DNA from: Squalus acanthias
Lineage: Eukaryota
Assembly (NCBI GenBank): GCA_030390025.1
Contig: CM059438.1
Span: forward strand, 55,988,001 to 56,052,000
Direction: 5' to 3'
DNA: 64,000 nucleotides
The translations under genes and the position numbers were made by a program. Each line of letters opens with the position of its first letter. Positions within the stretch are counted from its first letter, which is position 1. The notes below the pieces were generated by a model, which saw only the letters and a list, made by a program, of their open reading frames with translations, was not told where the DNA came from and searched no databases. Shown one piece after another: positions 25,174-37,803 of this stretch.

Positions 25174-28100
25174 GAACATAAGAACATAAGAAATAGGAGC
25201 AGGAGTAGACCAATCGGCCCCTTGAGCCTGCTCCGCCATTCAATGAGATCATGGCTGATCTGATCCAACCTCAACTCTAAAGAATACAAGAAGTAGGAGC
25301 AGGACCAGGCCACTCGGCCCCTGGGCCCGCTCCGCCACCCACAGGGCCTTGACCGATCCGAACTCAAACTCATGTCCAATTTCCAGCCCGCTGCCCATAA
25401 CCCCTAATTCCCTTTACTTCTAGGAAACGGTCTATTTCTGTTTTAAATTTATTTAATGAAGTAGCTTCCACAGCTTCCTGGGGTAGCAAATTCCACAGAC
25501 CCACTACCCTCCGAGTGAAAAAGTTTCTCCTCATCTCAGTTTTGAAAGAGCAGCCCCTTATTCTAAGATTATGTCCCCTAGTTCTAGTTTCACCCATCAT
25601 TGGGAACATCCTCACCGCGTCCACCCGATCAAGCCCCTTCACAATCTTATATGTTTCAATAAGATCGCCTCTCATTCTTCTGAACTCCAATGAGTAGAGT
25701 CCCAATCTACTAAACCTCTCCTCGTATGTCCACCCCCTCATCCCCGGAATTAACCGAGTGAACCTTCTTTGTACTGCCTCGAGAGCAAGTATGTCTTTTC
25801 TGAAGTATGGACACCAAAACTGTATGCAGTACTCCAGGTGCGGTCTCACCAATACCCTATACAACTGCAGCAATACCTCCCTGTTTTTATATTCTATCCC
25901 CCTAGCAATAAAAGCCAACATTCCATTGGCTTTCTTGATCACCTGCTGCACCTGCATACTAACTTTTTGATTTTCTTGCACCAAGACCCCCAGATCCCTT
26001 TGTACTGCAGTACTTTCCAGTTTCTCGCCATTAAGATAATAACTTGCTCTCTGATTTTTCCTGCCAAAGTGCATAACCTCACATTTTCCAATATTGTATT
26101 GCATCTGCCAAATCTCTGCCCACTCACCCAGCCTGTCTATATCCCCTTGTAGGTTTTTTATGTCCTCCTCACTCTCTACTTTCCCTCCCATCTTTGTATC
26201 ATCTGCAAACTTTGATATGTTACACTCGGTCCCCTCCTCCAAATCATTAATATAGATTGTAAAGAGTTGGGGACCCAGCACCGACCCCTGCGGAACACCA
26301 CTGGCTACTGGTTGCCAGTCTGAGAATGAACCATTTATCCCAACTCTCTGCTTCCTGTTAGATAACCAATCCTCCACCCATGCCAGAATATTACCCCCAA
26401 TCCAGTGATTTTTTATCTTGAGTAATAATCTTTTATGTGGCACCTTGTCGAATGCCTTCTGGAAGTCTAAATACACTACATCTACTGGTTCCCCTTTATC
26501 CACCCTATACGTTATGTCCTCAAAGAACTCGAGCAAATTTGTCAGACATGACTTCCCCTTCATAAAGCCATGCTGACTTTGTCCTATTAAATTATGTTTA
26601 TCTAAATGTTCCGTTACTGTCTCCTTAATAATAGACTCCAAAATTTTACCCACCACAGATGTTAGGCTAACTGGTCTATAATTTCCAGCCTTCTGCCTAC
26701 AACCCTTTTTAAATAAGGGTGTTACATTAGCAGTTTTCCAATCTGCCGGGACCTTTGCTGAGCTCAGGGAGTTTTGGAAAATTATTACCAAAGCATCCAC
26801 AATTCCTACTGCCACTTCCCTCAAGACCCTAGGATGTAAGCCATCAGGTCCAGGGGATTTATCCGCCTTGAGTCCCATTATTTTACTGAGTACCAATTCC
26901 TTAGTGATTTTAATCGTATTTAGCTCCTCCCCCACTAGAGCCCCCTGTTTGTCCAGTGTTGGGATATTCTTAGTGTCCTCTACCGTAAAGACTGAAACAA
27001 AATATTTGTTCAGCATTTTTGCTATCTCCATGTTTCCCACCATTAATTTCCCGGTCTCATCCTCTAAGGGACCTACGTTTGCCTTAACCACCCTTTTTCT
27101 TTTTATATAACTATAGAAACTCTTGCTATCTGTTTTTATATTTTTTGCTAATTTATTTTCATAGTCTATTTTCCCTTTCTTAATCAATCCTTTAGTTACT
27201 TTTTGTTGTCTTTTGAAGACTTCCCAATCTTCTATCCTCCCACTAACTTTGGCTACCTTATATGTCCTTGTTTTTAGTTGGATACTTTCTTTAATTTCTT
27301 TACTTAGCCATGGATGGCTGTCATTTCTTTTACACCCTTTTTTCCTCAGTGGAATATATTTATTTTGAAAGTTGTAAAATAACTCCTTGAATGAACACCA
27401 CTGCTCATGTACCGTCTTACCCTTTAATCTATTTTCCCAGTCCACTTTAATCAATTCTGCTCTCATACCATCATAGTCTCCTTTATTCAAGCTCAGTATG
27501 CTTGTTTGAGAACCAACCTTCTCACCCTCTAATTGGATATGGAATTCAACCATGTTATGGTCACTCATTCCAAGGGGATCCTTAACTAGGACATTATTAA
27601 TTAATCCTGACTCATTACACAGGACCAGGTCCAAGGTTGCTTGCCCCCTTGTAGGATCAGTTACATACTGCTCAAGAAATCCATCCCTAAGACACTCAAT
27701 AAACTCTTCCTCAAGGCTGCCCTGCCCAATTTGATTTGTCCAGTTAATAGGATAGTTAAAATCCCCCATAATTATAGCTGTTCCCTTATTACATGCCCCA
27801 ACTATTTCCTGATTAATACTTCTTCCAACAGAGTTGCAACAATTAGGAGGCCTATATACTACGCCCACCAGTGTTTTTTTCCCCTTATTATTCCTTATCT
27901 CTACCCAAACTGTTTCATTATCCTGATCTTTTGACCCAATATCATTTCTCATTTATTACAGTGATTCCTTCCTTTATTAACATAGCCACCCCGCCTCCCC
28001 TTCCTTCCTGCCTGTCCTTGCTGATTGTTAAATACCATGGCATATTTAATTCCCAGACGTTGTCACCCTGCAGCCATGTTTCTGTAATGGCCACAAGATC

Positions 28101-28370
28101 ATACCCATACATAGTTATTTGTGCCGTTAACTCGTCCATTTTGTTACGAATGCTACGTGCATTCAGATAAAGAACTTTCAAATGTGTTTTGTGACACTTA
28201 CTTCCTGCTTTTTCCTTATTTAACACTTTACCTTTTACTCCATACCTTCTGTCCCTTTCTGACATGCTTTCCTCTGTCTCCCTGCTCAGGTTCCCAACCC
28301 CTGCCACATTAGTTTAAATCCTCCCCAACAGCACTAGCAAACACTCCCCCTAGGACAGCGGTCCCGGCCC
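25174..28370 (-). mobile_element. Young CR1 LINE: end of ORF1 + nearly intact ORF2 (APE + RT) with one frameshift near 27950
   Basis: LYLNARSIRNK, AITETWL, VYRPP, MGDFN, SDH, then an 860-aa open frame with all RT motifs. TSD TGGTAA (25168-25173 / 28371-28376). (TTCTTATG)n tail. Confidence 0.96.
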
Positions 28371-30394
28371 TGGTAATGCCATTGAATGTCGAGGGGTGAT
28401 GGTTAGACTCTCTTGTTGGAGATAGTCATTGCCTGGCACTTGTGTGGTGCGAATGTTACCTGCCATTTATCAGCCCAAGCCTGAATGCTGTTCAGATCTT
28501 GCTGCTTGCGGGCACAGACTTCTTCATTATCTAAGAAGTTGTGAATGGAACTGAACACTGTGCAATCATCAGCGAACATCCCGACTTCTGACCTTATGTT
28601 GGAGGGAAGGTCATTGATGTAGCATCTGAAGATGGTTGAGCCGAGGACACTGCCCTGAGGAACTCCTGCAGCGATGTCCTGGGGCTGTGATGATTGGCCT
28701 CCAAAAACCACAACCATCTTCCTTTGTGCTAGGTATGACTCCAGCCGGTGGAGTTTCCCCCCTGATTTCCACTGACTTCAATTTTACTAGGCCTCCTTGA
28801 TACCACACTCGGTCAAATGCTGAGTTCGGGAGCCGAGTGGTATTGGCGAAACCCAAACTGAGCATCGGTGAACAGGTTATTGGTGATTAAGTATCGCTTG
28901 ATAGCACTGTTGATGACACCTTCCATCACTTTGCAGATGATTCAGAGTGGACTGATGGGGCGGTAATTGACCAGATTGGATTTGTACTGCTTTTTGTGGA
29001 TAGGACACAGCTGAGCAGTTTTCCACATTGTCGGACAGATGCCAGTGTTGAAACTGTACTGGAACAGCTTGGCTAGAGGCGCGGCTAGTTCTGGAGCACA
29101 AGTCTGCAGCACAATAGCTGGGATGTTGTCGGGGCCCAAGCCTTTGCTGTATCCAGTACGCTCAGCCGTTTCTTGATATCACGTGGAGTGAATCGAATTG
29201 GCTGAAGACTGGCTTCTGTGATGGTGGGGACCTCAGGAGGAGGCCGAGATGAATAATCTGTCTGAATATGGTTGCAAACGCTTCAGCCTTGTCTTTTGCA
29301 CTCACGTGCTGGGCTCCACCATCATTGAGGATGGGGTTATTCATGGAGCCTGCTCCTCCCGTTAGTTGTTTAATGGTCTACTACCATTCACGACTGGATG
29401 TGGCAGGACTGCAGAGCTTTGATCTGATCCGTTGATTGTGGGATCGCTTAGCTCTGTCTATAGCATGCTGCTTCCACTGTTTAGCATGCATGTAGTCCTG
29501 TGTTGTAGCTTCACCAGGTTGGCACCTCATTTTTAGTTACGCTTGGTGCTGTTACTGGCATGCACTTCGGCACTCCTCATTGAACCAGGGATGTTCCCCT
29601 GGCTTGATGGTAATGGCAGAGTAAGGGATATGCCGGGCCATAAGTTTACAGATTGTGGTGCAATAAATTATGCCGCAGCTGATGGCACACAGCGCCTCAT
29701 GGAGGCCCAATTTTGAGCTGTTAGATCTGTTCTGAATCTATCACATTAAGCATGGCGGAAGTGACAAAAAACACAATGGAGAGTGTTCCATCAAAAATTC
29801 TAGGCAGGTACGGCACGGGTTAGATACAGAGTAAAGCTCCCTCTACACTGTCCCATCAAACACTCCCAGGGCAAGTACAGCACGGGTTAGATACAGAGTA
29901 AAGCTCCCTCTACACTGTCCCATCAAACACTCCCAGGGCAGGTACAGCATGGGTTAGATACAGAGTAAAGCTCCCTCTACACTGTCCCATCAAACACTCC
30001 CAGGGCATGTCCAGCACGGGTTAGATACAGAGTAAAGCTCCCTCTACACTGTCCCATCAAACACTCTGAGGGCAGGTACAGCACGGGTTAGAGACAGAGT
30101 AAAGCTCCCTCTACACTGTCCCATCAAACACGCCCAGGACAGATACAGCACGGGTTAGATACAGAGTAAAGCTCCTTCTACACTGTCCCATCAAACACTC
30201 TGAGGGCAGGTACAGCATGGGTTAGATACAGAGTAAAGCTCCCTCTGCACTGTCCCATCAAACACTCCCAGGGCAGATACAGCACGGGTTAGATAAAGAG
30301 TAAAGCTCCCTCTACACTGTCCCATCAAACACTTCCAGGGCAAAAGTGAGAAGTCGCACAACACCAGGTTATAGTCCAACAGTTTTATTTGAAA

Positions 30395-30432
30395 TCACAA
30401 GCTTTCGGAGCGGCTGCTCCTTCGTCAGGTGA
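30395..30432 (-). ncRNA. Minimal type I hammerhead ribozyme motif (inverted copy)
   Basis: Exact reverse complement of the 17442-17479 motif. Confidence 0.8.
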
Positions 30433-30850
30433 AGTAAAGGAATACAAATCGACAAAGCATATATAGATAGAGAACAATGCATGTGTAGCGTACAATGGCA
30501 GACGACTACATTTAATCCTCCTGACTGCCTTTTGTCACACCTCGGCAGATAAACAATCAGGTCAGCCAGGAAGGCACCACAGTAAAAATAAGTAAAAATT
30601 TTAAAGTTTATCGTTTTCCATACCGACTGCAGCTTTTTGACACATTAGACCCCCTGTAACCCCACCTCATTGTCTCAGTTGTATCTTGCTATGTCTTTGA
30701 TGTGGTGCCTTCCTGGCTGACCTGATTGTTTCTCTGCTGAGGTGTGACAAAAGGCAGTCAGGAGGATTAAATGTAGTCGTCTGCCATTGTACGTTACACA
30801 TGCATTGTTCTCTATCTATATATGCTTTGTCGATTTTGTATTCCTTTACT

Positions 30851-30888
30851 TTACCTGACGAAGGAGCAGCCGCTCCGAAAGCTTGTGA
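30851..30888 (+). ncRNA. Minimal type I hammerhead ribozyme motif
   Basis: TTAC-CTGACGA-A-GGAGCAGCCGCTCC-GAAA-GCTT-GTGA; helix I has one U.G pair. Confidence 0.75.
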
Positions 30889-33800
30889 TTTCAAATAAAA
30901 CTGTTGGACTATAACCTGGTGTTGTGTGACTTCTCACTTTTGTCCACCCCAGTCCAACACCGGCATCTCCGCATCACTTCCAGGGCAGGAAAAGCACGGG
31001 TTAGAAACAGAGTAAAGCTCCCTATACACTGTCCTATCAAACACTCCCAAGGCAGGTACAGCATGGGTTAGATACAGAGTAAAGTACCCTCTACACTCTC
31101 CCATCAAACGCTCCCAGGGCAGGTACAGCACGGGTTAGATACAGAGTAAAGCGCCCTCTACACTGTCCCATCAAACACTCCGAGGGCAGGTACAGCACGG
31201 GTTAGATACAGAGTAAAGTACCCTCTACACTCTCCCATCAAACACTCCCAGGGCAGGTACAGCACGGGTTAGATACAGAGTAAAGCTCCCTCTACACTGT
31301 CCCATCAAACACCCCAAGGACAGGTACAGCACGGGTTAGATACAGAGTTGAGTTCCCTCTACAGTGTCCCATCAAACACTCCCAGGGCAGGTAAAGCACG
31401 GGTTAGATACAGAGTAAAGCTCCCTCTACACTGTCCCCATCAAACACTCCCAGGACAGGTACAGCATGGGTTAGATACAGAGTAAAGCTCCCTCTGCACT
31501 GTTCCATCAAACATTCCCAGGGCAGGTACAGCACGGGTTACATACAGTGTAAAACTCCCTCTGAACTGTCCATCAAACACTCCCAGGGCAGGTACAGCAC
31601 GGGATAGATACAGAGTAAAGCTCCCTCTACACTGTCCCATCAAACACTCCCAGGGCAGGTACAGCACGGGATAGATACAGAGTAAAGCTCCCTCTACACT
31701 GTCCCATCAAACACTCCCAGGTCAGGAAAAGCATGGGATAGATACAGAGTAAAGCTCCCTCTACACTGTCCCATCAAACACTCCCAGGTCAGGAAAAGCA
31801 CGTGTTAGATACAGAGTAAAGCTCCCTTTACAAAGTCCCATCAAACACTCCCAGGGCAGGTACAGCATTTGTTGAATACAGAGTAAAGCTCCCTCTACAC
31901 TGTACCATCAAACATTCCCAGGGCAGATACAGCACGGGTTAGATACAGAGTAAAACTCTTTCTACACTTACCCATCAAACATTCCCAGGGCAGGTACAGC
32001 ACAGATTACATACAGAATAAAGCTCCCTCGACAGTGTCGCATCAAACACTCCCAGGGCAGATACAGCACGGGTTAGTTACAGAGTAAAGCTCCCTCTACA
32101 CTGTCCAATCAAACACTCCCAGGGCAGGTAAAGCATGGGTTAGATAAAGAGTAAAGCTCCCTCTACTCTGTCCCATGAATCAGTCCCAGGTCTGGTACAG
32201 CACGCGTTAGATACAGAGTAAAGCTCCCTGTACAATGTCCCATCAAACACTCCCAGGGCAGGTACAGCGCAGTTCAGATACAGATTCAAGCTCCCTCTGC
32301 ATTGTCCCATCAAACACTCCCAATTCAGGTAAAGCACGTTTTAGATACAGAGTAAATCTCCCTCTACACTGTCCCATCAAACACTCCCAGGGCAGGTACA
32401 GGACGGGTTAGATACAGAGTTAAGGTCCATCTACACTATCCCATCAAACACTCCCATCGCAGGTACAGCACGGGTTCGATACAGAGTAAAGCTCCCTCTG
32501 GACAGTCCAATCAAACATTCCCAGGGCAGGTACAGCACGGGTCAGATACAGAATAAAGCTCCCTCTACAGTGTCCCACCAAACACTCCCAGAGCAGGTAC
32601 AGCAGGGGTTAGATGCAGAGCAAAGCTCACTCTACACTGTCCCATCAAACACTCCCAGGTCAGCGACAGCACGGGTTAGATACAGAGTTAAGCTCCCTCT
32701 ACACTGTCCCATCAAACACTCCCAGGGCAGGTATAGCACGGGTTAGATACAGAGTAAAGCTCCCTGTGCACTGTCCCATCAAACACTCCCAGGGCAGGTA
32801 CAGCATGGGTTAGATACAGAGTAAAGCTCCCTCTACACGGTCCCACCAAACATTCCCAGGGCAGGTACAGCACGGGTTAGATACAGAGTAAAGATCCCTC
32901 TACACTGTCCCATCAAACACTCCCAGGGCAGGTACAGCACGGGTTAGATACAGAGTAAAGCTCCCTCTACTCTGTCCCATCAAACATTCCCAGGGCAGGT
33001 ACAGCACAGATTAGATACAGAGTAAAGCTCCCTGTACACTGTCCCATCAAACACTCCCAGGGCAGGTACAGCGCGGTTCAGAAACAGATTCAAGCTCCCT
33101 CTACACTGTCCCATCAAACACTCCCAGGACAGGTACAGCACGGGGTTAGATACAGAGTAAAGCTCCCTCTACACTGTCCCATCAAACACTCCCAGGGTAG
33201 GTACAGCACGGGTTAGACACAGAGTAAAGCTCACTCTACACTGTCCCATCAAACACTCACAGGGCAGGTACAGCATGGGTTAGATACGGAGTAATGCTCC
33301 CTCTACACTGTCCACTCAAACACTCCCAGGGAAGGTACAGCACGGGTTAGATACAGAGTAAAGTTCCCACTACACTGTCCCCTAAACATCCTCAGGGCAG
33401 GTACAGCATGGGGTTAGATACAGAGTAAAGCTCCTTCTACACTGTCCCCATCAAACACTCCCAGGGCAGGTACAGCATGGGTTAGATACAGAGTACAGCA
33501 CCCTTGACACTATACCATCAAACACTCCCAGACTAGGTACAGCATGGGTTAGATACAGAGTAAAACTCCCTCTACACTGTCCCATGAATCACTCCCAGGG
33601 CCGGTACAGCGCGGTTAAGATACAGATTCAAGCTCCCACTGCATTCTCCCATCAAACACTCCCAATGCAGGTAAAGCGCGTGTTAGATACAGAGTAAAGC
33701 TCCCTCTACACTGTCCCATCAAACACTAACAGGGCAAGTACAGCACGGCTTAGATAAAGAGTAAAACTCCCTCTACAGTGTCCTATCAAACACTCCCAGG

Positions 33801-35351
33801 GCAGGTAAAGCACAGGTTAGATACAGAGTCAAGATCCCTCTGGACAGTCCAATCAAACATTCCCAGGGCAGGTACAGCACGTGTTAGATAAAGAGTAAAA
33901 CTCCCTCTACAGTGTCCCATCAAACACTCCCAAGGCAGGTACAGCACGGGATTGATACAGAGTAAAGCTCACTCTACACTGTCCCATCAAACACTCCCAG
34001 GGCAGGGACAGCATGGGTTAGATTCAGAGTAAAGCTCCCTCTACAATATCCCATCAAACACTCCCAGGGCAGGTAAAGCACGGGTTAGATACAGAGTAAA
34101 GCTCCCTTTGGACAGTCCAATCAAACACTCCCAGCGTAGGTAAAGCACGGGTTAGATACAGTGTAAAGCTCCCTCTGGACAGTCCAATCAAACACTCCCA
34201 GCGTAGGTAAAGCACGGGTTAGATACAGAGTTAAGCTCACTCTACACTGTCCCATCAAACACTCCCAGGGAAGGTACAGCAGGGGTTAGTTACAGAGTAA
34301 AGCTCCCTGTACACTGTCCCCATCAAACACACACAGGGCACGTACAGCTCGGGTTAGATACAGAGCAAAGTTCCCTCTACACTATCCCATCAAACACTCC
34401 CAGGGCAGGTACAGAATGGGTTAGATACAGAGTAAAGCTCCCTCTACACTATCTCATCAAACACTCCCAGGGCAGGTACAGCATGGGTTAGATACAGAGT
34501 AAAGCTCCCTCTACACTATCCCATCAAACACTCAAAGGGCAGGTACAGCATGGGTTAGATACAGAGTAAAGCTCCCTCTATATTGTCCCATCAAACACTC
34601 CCAGGTCAGGTACATCATGGGTTAGATGCAGAGTAAAGCTCCCTCTACAGTGTCCCTTCAAACACTCCCAGGGCAGGTAAAGCACGGGTTAGATACAGAG
34701 TAAAGCTCCCTCTACAGTGTCCCATCATACACTCCCAGGGCAGGTAAAGCACGGGTTAGATACAGAGTAAAGCTCCCTCTACAGTGTCCCATCAAACACT
34801 CCCAGGGCAGGTAAAGCACGGGTTAGATACAGAGTAAAGCTCCCTCTACACTGTCCCCTCAAACACTCCGAGGGCAGATACAGCACCGGTTAGATACAAA
34901 GTAAAGCTCCCTCTACACTGTCCCATCAAACACTCCCAGGGCAGCTACAGCACGGGTTAGATACAGCGTAAATCTCCCTCTACACTGTCCCATCAAACAT
35001 TCCCAGGGCAGGTACTGCACGGGTTAGATACAGAGTAAAGCTCCCTCTACACTGTCCCATCAAACACTCCCAGGGCAGGTACAGCATGGGTTAGATACAG
35101 AGTAAAGCTCCCTCTACACTGTCCCATCAAACACTCCCAGGGCAGGTACAGCATGGGTTAGATACAGAGTAAAGCTCCCTCTACACTGTCCCATCAAACA
35201 CTCCCAGGGCAGGTACAGCATGGATTAGATACAGAGTAAAGCTCCCTCTACACTGTCCCAACAAACACTCCCAGGGCAGGTACAGCACGGATTAGATACA
35301 GAGTAAAACTCCCTCTGCACAGTCCTATCAAACACTCCCAGGGCAGGAATG

Positions 35352-35735
35352 ACAACAACAACAACTTGTATTTATATAGCGCCTTTATTATCGTAAAACG
35401 TCCCAAGGTGCTTCACAGGAGCGTAATCGAACAAAGTTTGACACCGAGTCTCATGAGGTGATATTCGGCCAGATGAAAGAGATAGCTTTTATGGAGCGTC
35501 TTAAAGGAGGAAAGAGAGGCCGAGAGCTTTAGGAAGGCTTTTCCAGAGCTCAGGGCCTCGGCAGCTGAAGGCACGGCCGCCAGTGGTGCAGTGAATAAAA
35601 TCGGGGTTGCAGAACCGGCCAGAATTAGAGGTGAGCTGAGATCTCAGGGCTTTGTAGGGCTGAAGGAGGTTACAGAGGTAGAGAGGGGCGTGGTAATGAA
35701 GGAATTTGAAAACAAAGATGAGATTTTCACATCGA
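35352..35735 (-). mobile_element. L2-type LINE 3' end with (TTG)n tail
   Basis: ACAACAACAACAACTTGTATTTATATAGCGCC is the reverse complement of the tail type seen at ~38020-38053. The 5' boundary is approximate. Confidence 0.7.
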
Positions 35736-36105
35736 GGCTTTGCTCAGTGGAGAGGGACCCAGTATCAGAGGGGTGCTGTCTGCTGCCGACCTGGAGAAAG
35801 TCAAGGAATGCCTACAGGTTTTGGAAATTTCCATCTACATGGCCAGCCTCCTACGTTCTACAAATCTCATCCTCTGAAACTCTGCTGCCCGTCTTCTAAC
35901 CCAAGTCCCGTTCACCCATCACCCCTGTGCTCGCTGACCTACGTTGGCTCCCGGTTGAGCAACACCTCAATTTTAAAATCCTCATCCTTGTTTTCAAATC
36001 CCTCCATGGCCTCACCTCTCCCTATCTCTGTAACATCCTCCAGCCCTACAACCCTCCGAGATCTCTGCGCTCCTCTAATTCTGGCCTCTTGAGCATCTCC
36101 AATTT

Positions 36106-37803
36106 TGGTAACAGGGCACTTAGAAAATCATAATCTGAATAGACAGAGTCAACATGGTTTTAAGAAAGGGAAGTCGTGTATAACAAATTTATTAGAGTTT
36201 TTAATTAGAGGATGTAATTAGCAGGGTAGATGAAGGGGAACCTGTGGATGTAGTATATTTGGATTTCCAGAAGTCATTCGATAATGTGCCACATGAGAGG
36301 TTGTTATGCAAGATAAGGGCTCATAGGGTTGGGCGTTATATACTAGCATGTATTGAGGATTGGTTAACGGACAGAAAACAGAGAGTAGGGATAAACGGGT
36401 CATTTTCAGGTTGGCAGGCTGTAACTAGTGGGGTGCCACAAGGATCAGTGCTTGGGCCTCAGCTATTCACAATCTATATCAATGACAGATGAAGGGACCG
36501 AGTGTAATGTATCCAAGTTTGCTGATGATACAAAGAGCCTGCAAAGGGATGTAGACAGGTTCAGTGAGTGGGCAATAAGGTGGCAGATGGAGCATAATGT
36601 GGGGAAATGTGAGGTTATTCACTTTGGTAGGAAAAATAGAATATTTTTTAAATGGTGAGAAACTATTAAATGTTGGTATTCAGAACGATTTAGGTGTCCT
36701 CGTACAGGAAACACAAAGTTAGCATGCAGGTACAGCAAGCAATTAGGAAGGCAAATGGCATGTTGGCCTTTATTGCAAGAGGGTTAGAGTATAAGAGTAA
36801 GGAAGTCTTACGACAATTGTACAGGGCTTTGGTGAGACCACACCTGGAGTACTGTGCACAGTTTTGGTCTCCTTATCTGAAGAAGCATACACTTGCCTTA
36901 GAGGTGGTGCAACGAAGGTTCACTAGATTGATTCCTGGGATGAGAGGGTTGTCCTATGAGGAGAGATTGAGTAGAATGGGCCTATACTCTCTGGAGTTTA
37001 GAAGAATGAGAGGTGATCTCATTGAAACATATAAGATTCTGAGGGGGATTGACTGGGTAGATGCTGAGAGGTTGTTTCCCCTGGCTGGAGAGTCTAGAAC
37101 TAGGGGGCACACAGTCTCAGGATAAGGGGCTGGCCAATTAAGACTGAGACGAAGAGAATTTCTTCACTCAGAGGGTTGTGAATCTTTGGAATCCTCTATG
37201 CCAAAGGGCTGTGGATGCTGAATCGTTGAGTATATTCAAGGATGAGATAGATAGATTTTTGGACTCTAGGGGAATCAAGGGATATGGGGATCGGGCAGGA
37301 AAGTGGAGTTGAGGTCGATGATCAGCCATGATCTTATTGAAAGACGGAGCAGGCTCGAGGGGCCGTGGGGCGGAGCAGGCTCGAGGGGCCGTGGGGCGGA
37401 GCAGGCTCGAGGGGCCGTGGGGCGGAGCAGGCTCGAGGGGCCGTGGGGCGGAGCAGGCTCGAGGGGCCGTGGGGCGGAGCAGGCTCGAGGGGCCGTGGGG
37501 CGGAGCAGGCTCGAGGGGCCGTGGGGCGGAGCAGGCTCGAGGGGCCGTGGGGCGGAGCAGGATCGAGGGGCCGTGGGGCGGAGCAGGATCGAGGGGCCGT
37601 GGGGCGGAGCAGGCTCGAGGGGCCGTGGGGCGGAGCAGGCTCGAGGGGCCGTGGGGCAGAGCAGGATTGAGGGGCCGTGGGGCGGAGCAGGATCGAGGGG
37701 CCGTGGGGCGGAGCAGGCTCGAGGGGCCGTGGGGCGGAGCAGGATCGAGGGGCCGTGGGGCCGAGCAGGATCGAGGGGCCGTGGGGCCGACTCCTGTTCT
37801 TAT
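36106..37803 (+). mobile_element. Degenerate 5'-truncated CR1 LINE with a minisatellite expanded in its 3' UTR
   Basis: RT motifs in ORFs 36244-36492, 36428-36658 and 36694-37125, with several frameshifts. Remnant TTCTTATG tail. Confidence 0.92.
37345..37790 (+). repeat. 26-bp minisatellite (GGGGCGGAGCAGGCTCGAGGGGCCGT)~17
   Basis: Period 26 read directly. The unit corresponds to the CR1 3' UTR motif GGCGGAGCAGGCTC...GGCC. Confidence 0.95.

Larger units (their letters stand above)
24834..29785 (-). mobile_element. Older degenerate CR1/L2-group LINE ORF2, interrupted by two CR1 insertions
   Basis: GPDNIPA..., [63 protein letters not shown] on the minus strand, with many stops and frameshifts. 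Confidence 0.88.
30342..30976. mobile_element. Second, longer Penelope-like fold-back element (arms 30342-30581 / 30701-30941 plus the same 3' extension)
   Basis: ~240-bp inverted repeat with a ~119-bp spacer. Same termini as the 17242 copy. TSD CACTTCCAGGGCA at 30330-30342 and 30975-30987. Confidence 0.87.
29786..35348 (-). repeat. 67-bp satellite array (~70 units), interrupted by a Penelope-type element
   Basis: Unit CACGGGTTAGATACAGAGTAAAGCTCCCTCTACACTGTCCCATCAAACACTCCCAGGGCAGGTACAG; period 67 (e.g. 29881 to 29948). Confidence 0.97.

Noticed and set aside
29786..35348. 67-bp period resembles a CRISPR repeat+spacer unit
   Set aside because: The whole 67 bp is conserved between units, so there is no variable spacer.
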